Assembly (NCBI GenBank): GCA_050014195.1
Contig: JBEKDT010000021.1
Coordinates: forward strand, 1-64,000
From: Desulfomonilia bacterium
Lineage (GTDB): Bacteria; Desulfobacterota; Desulfomonilia; UBA1062
Length of the DNA stretch: 64,000 nt
Reading direction: 5' to 3'
In this document: positions 19,603 through 28,842 of the stretch, in pieces
How positions within the stretch are numbered: the stretch's first letter is position 1
Layout: each line of letters starts with the position of its first letter
The notes under the pieces: generated by a model
The model's database searches: none
What the model was told of the DNA's origin: nothing
Seen by the model: only the letters and a program-made list of their open reading frames with translations
Position numbers and translations under genes: made by a program

Positions 19603-20718
19603 ATGGATCCCCATCCTGCTGCAGCACGGTTCGAGGAAGCGGTACGACTAAGAAGGCGCCGGCTTGAGGATGCCGCTTCACAGGGCAGAAAGATCATCGG
19701 CTACTTCTGTACCTACACCCCGGTGGAGATAATCCATGCGTGCGGGTTCCTGCCGGTCCGCATCTGGGGCGGGGTCGGCCGTGCGGAGAAGGCCTATTCG
19801 CTGGTGCCGAGCTTCATCTGTCCGTACATGAGGCTTTCCCTGGAAGGGGCACTGAACGGAGAGTTCTCGTTTCTCACTGGTATAGTGCAGGGGTACACCT
19901 GCGATGTGGCCTGCGGTCTTGTCAATATATGGAAGGATAACTTCAAGATGGATCTCTGCCACAGCCTTCCATTGCCCTATAACGACAACCAGGATGCGCG
20001 CATATTCCTTCGGGCCGGTCTTCATGAGCTCGCAGGTAAGCTCACGCAAATAGGCAAGGGATTTACGGATGAGTCCCTTGAAGGATCGCTTGCCCTCTAT
20101 GAAGAGATCAGATCGATTCTCGCATGGATTTTTGGCAGGCGGGCCGATCGGGGCCTGCATCTGACTTCGGCTGAAGTGCTGAATATTGTGCAGGCATATT
20201 TTGTGACACCCCCGGAAGAGTACCTGGACATGCTCAAAGGACTGAAAGACGACCTTGCAAGCGCCCCCGTACCAACAGACTGCGGCATACCGGTTCTCAT
20301 ATCCGGCAGCATCATCGAAGATGCACAGGTCTTAACCCTGATCGAACAAATCGGTTTTAAGGTTGTTGCCGATGATCTCTGCACCGGTCAACGCGGCTTT
20401 ACTCCGGTTGCCGGGCAGGGGGAAGGTCCCATGGAGCGCCTCATGGACAGGATCATGAAACGGTTTCCCTGTCCCTCGCGATCGCACCCGGACGAGCGGG
20501 TGCCTCGGCTCCTCGATCTCATCAGGTCATCCAGGGCAAAGGGGGTCATCTTCCTGTTCCAGAAGTTCTGCACACCCCACCTGGCGGACCACCCAAAAGT
20601 TTCACAGGCATTAAAGGACGCAGGCATCCCGAGCATCCTCATAGAGATGGATGAGGCCGGCCTCATGGAGGCACAGGTCACAACAAGGCTGGAAACATTT
20701 TACGGCATGTTGGAGTGA
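19603..20718 (+). CDS. 2-hydroxyacyl-CoA dehydratase / benzoyl-CoA reductase-type subunit
   Basis: IGYFCTYTPVEII, ICPY, YTCD, DDLCTG, KFCTPH, TRLETF; start after AAGGAGGG. Confidence 0.8.
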   Translation: MDPHPAAARFEEAVRLRRRRLEDAASQGRKIIGYFCTYTPVEIIHACGFLPVRIWGGVGRAEKAYSLVPSFICPYMRLSLEGALNGEFSFLTGIVQGYTCDVACGLVNIWKDNFKMDLCHSLPLPYNDNQDARIFLRAGLHELAGKLTQIGKGFTDESLEGSLALYEEIRSILAWIFGRRADRGLHLTSAEVLNIVQAYFVTPPEEYLDMLKGLKDDLASAPVPTDCGIPVLISGSIIEDAQVLTLIEQIGFKVVADDLCTGQRGFTPVAGQGEGPMERLMDRIMKRFPCPSRSHPDERVPRLLDLIRSSRAKGVIFLFQKFCTPHLADHPKVSQALKDAGIPSILIEMDEAGLMEAQVTTRLETFYGMLE

Positions 20719-20722
20719 TAAG

Positions 20723-21967
20723 ATGGATACGAACCGTAAGTCCACGAAACGGTTGAGCACGGCCAAGGACCTCGCCAAGGTTGTGGCCGAGTACTACCTC
20801 GAGTGCCACGAGGCCAAGGCCTCGGGCAAGCCCGTAGGCTGGATGCCGCCCATGAACGGCGGGATCGAGATCTTTTATGCCCTTGGATTGCAGCCGGTCT
20901 TTCCCGAGAACTGGTCGCCTGTATGCGCAGCCTTCGGGCTGACGCCCGCCAACTTTGAGGTATCCGAGCGCATGGGATATTCGCGCGACCTGTGCGGATA
21001 CCTGCGCAATATCGTGGGCTATGTGCACGGTGACATGAATGGACCTTCTGTGCCGCTGGGCGGCCTGCCAGAGCCCGATATGGTCATGTCTTTCGGCGGC
21101 GGGTGCATCCCGGCCATGAAGATATTCCAGGTTATGGAAACACGCTTTCCCAAGGCAAAGGTATTCAGGGCGGATGCGCCGCAGGTGGCTGTCGAGGATA
21201 TCCGCGACCACCATGTTGCCTATGCCGTCAGCGAGATGCACAGGCTTATCGATTTCCTGGAAAAGACAACAGGCAGGAAACTCGATTACGAGAGGCTCAA
21301 AGAGGTGGTAGAGCTCTCGGACAAGGCCTGCCTGCTCTGGGATGAGATCATGTCCTATCGCCGGTTTAAGCCCACACCAATATCAGCAGCAGAGATCGGC
21401 ATCATGTTCGTCATGGTCACCAGGCAGGGGACGCAGATAGCCGTGGACTTCCTCACCCGGGTGCGCGACGAAGTGAGGGAGAGGGCCGAGGCAGGCATCG
21501 GGGTCATCGAGGACGAGAAGGTGCGGCTCTTCTGGGACAATATCCCCCTGTGGTACAACATGGGCCTGTTCAACTACTTCGAGAAGATGGGAGGGGTGAT
21601 GGTGGCCGAGACCTATTCCGCAGCCTGGTCGCTGAGGCTCGATCCCAATAACCCCATCGAGGCCCTGGCAAAGAAGAGCCTTATGTCATATTCGCTCGTA
21701 TCCTGCCTGTCCATCGAGCGGCGCAAGGAGATGGTCTTGAAGGCCTGCCGCGACTTCGCCATAGACGGCGCGGTTTTCCACCAGAACAAGTCGTGCGTGC
21801 CCATCACGCTGGGCCAGGCAGACATCAGGAAGGCCCTGGCCCATGAGCTCGGCATCCCATCCATCACCATCGACGCCGACCACATGGACAGCCGCAATTT
21901 CTCCTTTGCCCAGTTTCAGACCAGGGCCGACGCCTTCATGGAGATGCTGCTGGAAAAGAAACATTAG
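20723..21967 (+). CDS. 2-hydroxyacyl-CoA dehydratase family second subunit
   Basis: FPENW, SRDLCGY, LPEPD, KSC, DADHMDSR, TRADAFME. Confidence 0.85.
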   Translation: MDTNRKSTKRLSTAKDLAKVVAEYYLECHEAKASGKPVGWMPPMNGGIEIFYALGLQPVFPENWSPVCAAFGLTPANFEVSERMGYSRDLCGYLRNIVGYVHGDMNGPSVPLGGLPEPDMVMSFGGGCIPAMKIFQVMETRFPKAKVFRADAPQVAVEDIRDHHVAYAVSEMHRLIDFLEKTTGRKLDYERLKEVVELSDKACLLWDEIMSYRRFKPTPISAAEIGIMFVMVTRQGTQIAVDFLTRVRDEVRERAEAGIGVIEDEKVRLFWDNIPLWYNMGLFNYFEKMGGVMVAETYSAAWSLRLDPNNPIEALAKKSLMSYSLVSCLSIERRKEMVLKACRDFAIDGAVFHQNKSCVPITLGQADIRKALAHELGIPSITIDADHMDSRNFSFAQFQTRADAFMEMLLEKKH

Positions 21968-21978
21968 CAAGGAACTCT
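21884..21978 (+). repeat. 95-bp direct repeat, copy 1 (dehydratase gene 3' end)
   Basis: Matches 24221-24315 with 2 mismatches by manual alignment. Confidence 0.95.
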
Positions 21979-22357
21979 ATCTATACATATTCTTAAGGTA
22001 ATTTCTGGTTGACTCCGATTGAAGATTACGTGCCATTTAGCACGCTCTTGTATGAAGTGATAGACTTTGTATGTTTCAATCCAAGATTATCAGTTTTCAG
22101 ACTTCATAAAACCGAGAAGAAATCAAAGTAATCAATACTCCTGGACACCTTACCTATGGAGAACGCGTTGGTCTCATTGAAGTCTATTGCAAATGGTAAA
22201 TTGAGCATTATTATAGAAGGTAATTACAACTCACTTGGCTCTATTCCAATTCATGTCGTTCTTTGGGTGACTTTTAGGGCTAAATTCAAATGCGAGAGCC
22301 TGTAGAGAAAGTTAGTCGAGAAAGGCATATTAGCACACGTCATCTTATGGTTGGATC

Positions 22358-22711
22358 ATGAAGAGAATATTATTAGTAGATGATGATATAAGCATCCAAC
22401 GGCTTCTCAGGGAAGAGCTTGACGCGGATGAGTATAAAATCTCAACTGCCTCTAATGGGAAGGATGCTCTCTCCCTTTTAAGAACTGAATCCGAAAGGCC
22501 CGATCTTGTCATTTTGGATCTCCGGATGCCGAAAATGGATGGGTTTGAAACTATTGGCTTTATATTTAAGCTCAAGCTCAATGTACCCGTGATCATATTT
22601 TCGGCATATGGCAGTTATAGAAATGACCCGTTGGTCATGGCGGCAGATGCCTGTGTGGTGAAGTCCTCTGATCTATCTGAGCTAAAAGTGAAAATTCATG
22701 AGCTGGTATAA
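22358..22711 (+). CDS. Single-domain response regulator
   Basis: ILLVDDD, DLVILDLRMPKMDG, conserved Lys in VVKS. Confidence 0.9.
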   Translation: MKRILLVDDDISIQRLLREELDADEYKISTASNGKDALSLLRTESERPDLVILDLRMPKMDGFETIGFIFKLKLNVPVIIFSAYGSYRNDPLVMAADACVVKSSDLSELKVKIHELV

Positions 22712-22947
22712 GAGATATAACCATTATTGTAGATCTGATCAGGAGATCATCGCTTTTCAGACTCTTCGAGACCATCTATAAATTGCAGGAATATTCAGTT
22801 TGTCTGATGTTTCAGTTTTTATGGTCCAGCACTATTATTTTAAGATGGTATGCTTATTAATAGTATCTGAAAGATCCATCGCATATAACCTGGGTGGTAC
22901 ACTATGACCAGGAATATGTAAACACTACAACCCCCAAGAGATTGGTA

Positions 22948-24234
22948 ATGGCTAAAAAAGATTCGATAAAGAAGTGTTCAGCCAACCTTCGTAAACAAGC
23001 AGAGAAACGGTTGCAGAAACAATCTACCGATCAGAGCGACATTTCTCCAGAACAAGCCCGGCGTCTGCTCCATGAATTGCAGGTCCACCAGATCGAGCTG
23101 GAGATGCAGAATGAAGAACTGCATCGGGCGCAAGAGGAACTGGAAATCTCCCGTACCAAGTACTTTGATCTCTATGACTTTGCCCCGGTTGGGTATCTCA
23201 CCATAGACAAGGAGGGTTCGATCAAGGAGGCGAATCTCACTGCCACACAATTGCTCGGAGTAGGAAGAAGCTTTGTGGTCAAACAGCAAATTACTAGTTT
23301 TATCTATAGGGATGATAAGGACATTCACTACCTTCATCTCAAGAAACTCTTTGACACGGGCTTACCGCAGGAGTACGAGCTGCGGTTCGTTAAAAAAGAC
23401 GGCTCCCAATTCTGGGCATTTTTGAAGGCAAACGCAGTGCAGGAGGATGAGAGTGGATCTATTGTGTGCCAGACTGCCTTGATCGACATCACCGAGCGCA
23501 AAAAGGCGGAGGAAGAGAGAATCAAGCTCCTTGCCGAGCTCGAACGCTCCAACAAGGACCTCGAGCAGTTCGCAGACGTGGCGTCTCACGACCTGCAGGA
23601 GCCGCTCCGCATGGTATCGAGCTTCACCCAGCTCCTGGCCAGGCGATATGGGGACAAGCTCGACCAGAATGCCAGGGATTACATTGAGTTCGCTGTAAAA
23701 GGCTCAAACCGCATGCAGAGAATGATCCAAGACCTGCTGAACTATTCACGTGTCATCTCCGTGGGAAGAGCGCCTGTTCCGATAGATATGAACAGTGTTA
23801 TCGATGAGACCCTGGCAAACCTCCATTTGGCCATCAGTGATTCAGGGGCATCAGTTATCCATGATTTCCTGCCCGTAGTGATGGCAGACCACTCCCAATT
23901 TGTACAGGTTTTCCAGAACCTCATAGGCAATGCCATAAAATTTCGCAGAGATGACCCATTACGCATCCATGTCTCGGCCGGTAAGATCGGGGATGAATGG
24001 GTCTTCTCGGTGAAAGACAACGGAATGGGCATCGAACCCCAATACTTCGAACGGATATTTGTTCTTTTCGAGAGGCTTCATGCTGGGGAGACATACCAGG
24101 GCGCCGGCATAGGGCTTGCACTCTGCAAACGTATCATTGCCCGGCTTGGGGGCAGGATATGGGTGGAGTCCAATCCGGGCAAAGGCTCGACCTTCTATTT
24201 TACGTTGAAAGGGGTGGAATATGGACAGCCGTAA
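22948..24234 (+). CDS. PAS sensor histidine kinase
   Basis: PAS/PAC, ASHDLQEPLR H-box, QNLIGNAIK, DNGMGI, GAGIGLA; start uncertain (ORF from 22894). Confidence 0.92.
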   Translation: MAKKDSIKKCSANLRKQAEKRLQKQSTDQSDISPEQARRLLHELQVHQIELEMQNEELHRAQEELEISRTKYFDLYDFAPVGYLTIDKEGSIKEANLTATQLLGVGRSFVVKQQITSFIYRDDKDIHYLHLKKLFDTGLPQEYELRFVKKDGSQFWAFLKANAVQEDESGSIVCQTALIDITERKKAEEERIKLLAELERSNKDLEQFADVASHDLQEPLRMVSSFTQLLARRYGDKLDQNARDYIEFAVKGSNRMQRMIQDLLNYSRVISVGRAPVPIDMNSVIDETLANLHLAISDSGASVIHDFLPVVMADHSQFVQVFQNLIGNAIKFRRDDPLRIHVSAGKIGDEWVFSVKDNGMGIEPQYFERIFVLFERLHAGETYQGAGIGLALCKRIIARLGGRIWVESNPGKGSTFYFTLKGVEYGQP

Positions 24235-24315
24235 TTTCTCCTTTGCCCAGTTTCAGACCAGGGCCGATGCCTTCATGGAGATGCTGCTGGAAAAGAAACA
24301 TTAGCAAGGAACTCT
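24221..24315 (+). repeat. 95-bp direct repeat, copy 2
   Basis: Duplicate of 21884-21978. Confidence 0.95.
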
Positions 24316-24513
24316 TATCATAGAGATTTCATATAAGAACATTCACTTCAGGGGCCTCTTGGAAAGCGCACATTTATCGCAGGAATGTTCACTTTGGGAA
24401 AAGTGATGCTATTGAGTTATAATCAACGGTGTGTGCATTATCCAAACTTGGTTTAAGGTGATGGCATATTATCAACAGTTTCACAGATTATATGAAAATG
24501 TCCATGAAAACGT

Positions 24514-24547
24514 AAAAAAAGGCAGGGTCTATTCTCAACCCTGCCTT
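24514..24547 (-). terminator. Intrinsic terminator of the PEP-CTERM gene
   Basis: AAGGCAGGGT...ACCCTGCCTT stem followed by a T run on the minus strand. Confidence 0.8.
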
Positions 24548-24575
24548 GTAGAGTTTATCTTAATCCTCTCTGGTT

Positions 24576-25247
24576 CTACTTCATTCTTTTTCTAAATCCA
24601 GCAAAGCCAAGCAGCCCCGAACCAAGGAGTAGCAATGTTGCAGGCTCAGGGACAGGACCAGGGCCAGGGCCAGGATTTGGACTCCCTAGTGTGATATCGT
24701 CAAAAGCTATGTAGTTAGCGGAACCAGAAAAAAGAACAGATTCAGCTGTTCCAGAGAATGTCACACCAACTGGATCCCAAACTGAATAATATCCATTAAC
24801 AAGACCCCCGTCGGTACTCCCAAACGGAGTAGCTGGAAGCAAAAGTGTGGATAATAACGTTCCAGTTCCATCCAAACCACTATACACACTTACAGTACCA
24901 CCAATCGGGCCACTTTCGTAAAAGGAAAAACCTGTAGTAAATCCTGCGGGCACATCCATAAGATCACCCGATCCAGTTAGGAAATAAAGACAAGTGCTTG
25001 AGCCAGACGGTTGATTGAAATTATTGTCTGCGCCGCCTGCGGCCGAGCTCACCCCTGCAATCGAGTCAGGCCCAAAATAAATCCCATAATTAGGCCCCGG
25101 CCCGCTTCCATTGCCACCAGTACCTCCGTTGTAATAATTTAATACTTTTTCTTCTGTTTGCAGTCCTGAAAAGTTGAGCGACACTATTCCTGCGCTGGCA
25201 ACAGTGCTGCAAAGAAAAAATAAAGCAACAAAAGTTAATTTCTTCAT
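24576..25247 (-). CDS. PEP-CTERM sorting domain protein
   Basis: Signal peptide, Gly/Ser/Thr-rich body, (PG)n linker, VPEPATLLLLGSGLLGFAGFRKRMK. Confidence 0.95.
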   Translation of the reverse strand: MKKLTFVALFFLCSTVASAGIVSLNFSGLQTEEKVLNYYNGGTGGNGSGPGPNYGIYFGPDSIAGVSSAAGGADNNFNQPSGSSTCLYFLTGSGDLMDVPAGFTTGFSFYESGPIGGTVSVYSGLDGTGTLLSTLLLPATPFGSTDGGLVNGYYSVWDPVGVTFSGTAESVLFSGSANYIAFDDITLGSPNPGPGPGPVPEPATLLLLGSGLLGFAGFRKRMK

Positions 25248-25286
25248 AAATCCCCCTTTCTGAATTACGCCATAGATGTATTACTG

Positions 25287-25586
25287 AGCAAAATATATAC
25301 CATAATAAATTAGTTATATTTTACAATATGTTACAATATTATCTGTTTGAAATTGTAAATATTTTCGACAGATATAGCCGTATTAGATCTCTGCTTCCAT
25401 ACAGTAATAATGAGTGATTTCAACTGCTTTCAGTACATCTTTTTCTCACAAACGTAATGTAAAGAAATCCGACAGATTATTCAAAAATTAACACTCATAT
25501 AATATACCGTTTTGAGTGGTGATTTCGAATCTAGAGTCTTGTCAAATAAATGAAATGATCTATTGCAATTGTAAGATATACTGACA
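25287..25586 (-). promoter_or_regulatory. Sigma-54 promoter with three TGT-N11-ACA enhancer boxes
   Basis: Minus strand TGGTATATATTTTGCT at 25287-25302; boxes at 25354-25370, 25458-25474, 25570-25586. Confidence 0.72.
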
Positions 25587-25955
25587 GCAATTGAATATAA
25601 ATTTTATTTACCTCGATATACTAATGTTCCAATCTGCACGGTTTGGCCTTAGTGAAGATTTTTTCGCATAACTCAATAGGAGCAAGATAAACACATAGTT
25701 ACGATACCTATAAGTTATCTTCAATAAAGCACAACCATCGATTACTTCATAATTTATGACTTCCATCTCATGATTCAAATCGTTGATCTCGTCATGAATT
25801 GTACGATTATTATGAAATGTTAGAATTGTATGTTACGTGCCATACACAACACTTCGTCCATATTTGTATATTTCTGCATAGAATCTTCGCTATTGTGATA
25901 GTATGGAATTGAAGACAAATAGTATACACGGAGTGGGTGCAGGGATCTAAAAAAC

Positions 25956-27299
25956 ATGGGCACTGTGATGTTATGGTATATGAAGCTGCTGAAAGGCCTG
26001 GCTTCGTTGCGGCTTACCGTGGGGCTTCTGTTCTGGCTTGCCTTCATGTGCATTATCGGCACTATCATCCCTCAGTATACCTTTCCGTCTTCATCCGGGT
26101 CATCGGTGATGACGACCATTGTGAGGCCCTTAAGCCTGAACGATGTGTTTCATTCCCTCTGGTTCCTGATCCCCGCGGTTGTCCTCGGTTTGAATGCGGC
26201 TGCATGCATGTACCAAAGGAGAAAGTCATTTGCCGGGTCTGGTAAGTTTCCCGTCATGCCCAAAGCCGGATTGTACGGGGTGACGATACCTAAGGAAAAC
26301 AAACAGGAGAAAATCGGCGCGGATCTGGCAGGCCTGATAGAGGGCAGCTACAGGATAGTCCGGCACGAGAGCGGTAGCAGCCTGACGATCATGGGCGAGA
26401 AAGGCAAACTCCGCATGTATGCCCCGCTCCTTGTACACGGCAGCATCCTTATTATCCTTCTCGGTGTAGCCTTGGGGTTTCTCGGGTATAAGGGCTCTAT
26501 CGAGATCCCTGTCGGTCAGGCATCGGATTCCGTCGCACTGAGCGATGGCACGCTCATGCACTTGCCCTTTCAGGTACGCTGCGAGGATTTCAAGGTGGAA
26601 TATTACGATAACGGCATGCCCAGGGAATACCGCTCCGAGATCTCGTTCAGTCAGGCAGGCGGCAATATCGCTCGTGCATCCGTCATGGTCAACCACCCGG
26701 TGAGCTTTAAACACGTCCTGTTTTCACAGAGCGGATACAATCCGAACCTCATCGCCGTCATAAGGGTGGGCACCCCTTCAGGGAGTGAAGAGATAAAGGC
26801 AACAGAGGGCTCGGTGATTGAGATGCATGATACCGGGTACCGCATGAAGGTCGTCAAGGTAGTGGAGGACGTTATGCGTCTGGGCCCCGCCGTACAGCTC
26901 ATTATCGAGACCCCGAACGATCAGAAGGAACTGTGGATCTTCAAACAGTTTGAACGGATCCAGGCAATTCACCCCGGGATCACTGAAAAGATGCCCGAGT
27001 TCAATCCTTCCATCCTCAAGCCTTACACCTTCACGCTTGATGCCCTCACCAGCAGCTATACCACAATTCTCGGCATCAACAGCGATCCGGGTGTTCCCCT
27101 GGTTGGGCTCGGAGCCATTCTTTTTCTCTTCGGCGTCATCATAGCCTTCATGGTTGTCCATGAAAGGATCTGGGTCGAGATTGAGGAGGGGTCTGCGGGT
27201 CTGATGATACATGTTGCACGGCGTTTAAACGGAAGGCCTGCGGCAATCGATAGCCGTATCCTTAAGCACCTTCAGCGGCTGGCAGGGGGAAAATCGTGA
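25956..27299 (+). CDS. resB: Cytochrome c biogenesis protein ResB/CcsB (system II)
   Basis: IIGTIIPQ, FHSLWF, VHGSILII, EYRSEI, VNHP, DPGVP. Confidence 0.88.
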   Translation: MGTVMLWYMKLLKGLASLRLTVGLLFWLAFMCIIGTIIPQYTFPSSSGSSVMTTIVRPLSLNDVFHSLWFLIPAVVLGLNAAACMYQRRKSFAGSGKFPVMPKAGLYGVTIPKENKQEKIGADLAGLIEGSYRIVRHESGSSLTIMGEKGKLRMYAPLLVHGSILIILLGVALGFLGYKGSIEIPVGQASDSVALSDGTLMHLPFQVRCEDFKVEYYDNGMPREYRSEISFSQAGGNIARASVMVNHPVSFKHVLFSQSGYNPNLIAVIRVGTPSGSEEIKATEGSVIEMHDTGYRMKVVKVVEDVMRLGPAVQLIIETPNDQKELWIFKQFERIQAIHPGITEKMPEFNPSILKPYTFTLDALTSSYTTILGINSDPGVPLVGLGAILFLFGVIIAFMVVHERIWVEIEEGSAGLMIHVARRLNGRPAAIDSRILKHLQRLAGGKS

Positions 27300-28096
27300 A
27301 TACTGTTATCCTTGCCTCAGTCACCTTCATATACCTCGCGTCCTTTGTGGTGTTTCTCGTCGGAGGGATTACAGGGCGGGGCTCATGGGGGCGCTCCGGA
27401 AGGATTATCGCCATAATGGGCTTGCTCTTCCATACCGTCGGCCTCGTCATGCGCTGGGTCGAATCGCACCAGGCAGGCATGGGCCATGCCCCGCTGTCGA
27501 ACTTCTATGAGTCCCTGGTCTTTTTCTCCTGGGCCGTATGCCTCTTCTACCTGCTCTATACCTTAAAGGATGCGAAGGCGCTCATCGGCGTCTTCATGAT
27601 GGGCGTTGCCTTCCTGCTTATGGCCTATGCATCCTTCTCCCCCACCGTGGATACCCGCATCCAGCCGCTGATCCCTGCGCTCAAGAGCAACTGGCTCATC
27701 GTTCATGTGATCACATGCTTCCTGGGGTATGCAGCCTTTTTCATGGCCTCTTCGCTCGGGATCATCTCTCTGATGAAGAAAGACTCGGCTGAAATACAGG
27801 CCTCTGTACGTGATATGCTCGAGAAGAGCCTCAAGGCCGGGTTCATCCTGTTCACGTTAGGCATCATCACCGGCTCAGTGTGGGCACACTTTGCCTGGGG
27901 GAGGTACTGGGGCTGGGACCCGAAGGAGACCTGGGCGCTCATCACCTGGTTTATCTATGCATCCGCCATACACGTGCGTGTCATAGACGGCTCTGTGAGC
28001 AGACGTGTTGCCGTCATAACCATCATCGGCCTGGTGAGTGTCCTCTTCACCTATTTCGGGGTGAACTATTTGCCGGGCCTGCACAGCTATCAATAG
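27296..28096 (+). CDS. ccsA: Cytochrome c biogenesis protein CcsA/ResC
   Basis: HAPLSNFYES, PALKSNWLIVHV, WWD domain WAHFAWGRYWGWDPKETW, GLHSY. Confidence 0.93.
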   Translation: MNTVILASVTFIYLASFVVFLVGGITGRGSWGRSGRIIAIMGLLFHTVGLVMRWVESHQAGMGHAPLSNFYESLVFFSWAVCLFYLLYTLKDAKALIGVFMMGVAFLLMAYASFSPTVDTRIQPLIPALKSNWLIVHVITCFLGYAAFFMASSLGIISLMKKDSAEIQASVRDMLEKSLKAGFILFTLGIITGSVWAHFAWGRYWGWDPKETWALITWFIYASAIHVRVIDGSVSRRVAVITIIGLVSVLFTYFGVNYLPGLHSYQ

Positions 28097-28190
28097 CCTT
28101 TCTGTATGAGAGATATAATCTCTTGATACTTTCGGCATAAGACATTACAGGTAACCTGAAATTATCATATTGCAAGAGGAGAATAATTCC

Positions 28191-28766
28191 ATGAAGATAA
28201 CAAGCCGAGTTTCAAAGATAGGCCTCAAGACCATACCGCTTCTGATCGCCTGCATGATTGCCTTTGCCGCTCCACCTAATGCCAGGGCCGACACGGCAAG
28301 TGAGATCAACGTGGGCTCCGATGCCGCCCTGGCGAGCTTCTCAAAAAATGTTAATGGAGCCAAGGAATTCCTCCAGGCATCCAAGGGGGTCCTCGTATTC
28401 CCGAAGGTCTATAAGGCGGGCTTCTTCTGGTTGGGGGGCGAGTATGGTGAAGGGGCGCTGCGTATCGACGGGAAGACCGCGGACTATTATAATATTGCCG
28501 CAGGTTCCTTGGGTCCGCAGCTCGGTGCCCAGGTCAAGACCGTGATACTCGTGTTCCTCCAGCAGGAGGCACTGGAGCAGTTCCGCAAGAGTGAGGGGTG
28601 GAAGGCCGGCATAGACGGCTCTGTTGCCGTGGCTGATGTCGGTGTCGGGCAGTCCATTGACTCGACCACCTTCAAGGAGCCCATCATCGCTTTCATCATT
28701 GACCAGAAAGGGCTTATGGCTAACCTCACACTGGAGGGTGCGAAATTCACAAAGATCAGCAAGTGA
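28191..28766 (+). CDS. YSC84/SYLF lipid-binding domain protein
   Basis: Signal peptide; KGVLVFPKVYKAGF, GGEYGEG, GLMANLTLEGAKF. Confidence 0.85.
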   Translation: MKITSRVSKIGLKTIPLLIACMIAFAAPPNARADTASEINVGSDAALASFSKNVNGAKEFLQASKGVLVFPKVYKAGFFWLGGEYGEGALRIDGKTADYYNIAAGSLGPQLGAQVKTVILVFLQQEALEQFRKSEGWKAGIDGSVAVADVGVGQSIDSTTFKEPIIAFIIDQKGLMANLTLEGAKFTKISK

Positions 28767-28842
28767 CACAACAAAACCATCATCCAGGCGCAGTAGCGTT
28801 TTATTTTTCCTTCTTTCTCATGGGAGACAGCGTGAGGATTCC

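Noticed and set aside
28624-28842. N-terminal extension of the B12 radical SAM ORF
   Set aside because: Overlaps the SYLF gene in another frame; the B12 domain begins at GTG 28843
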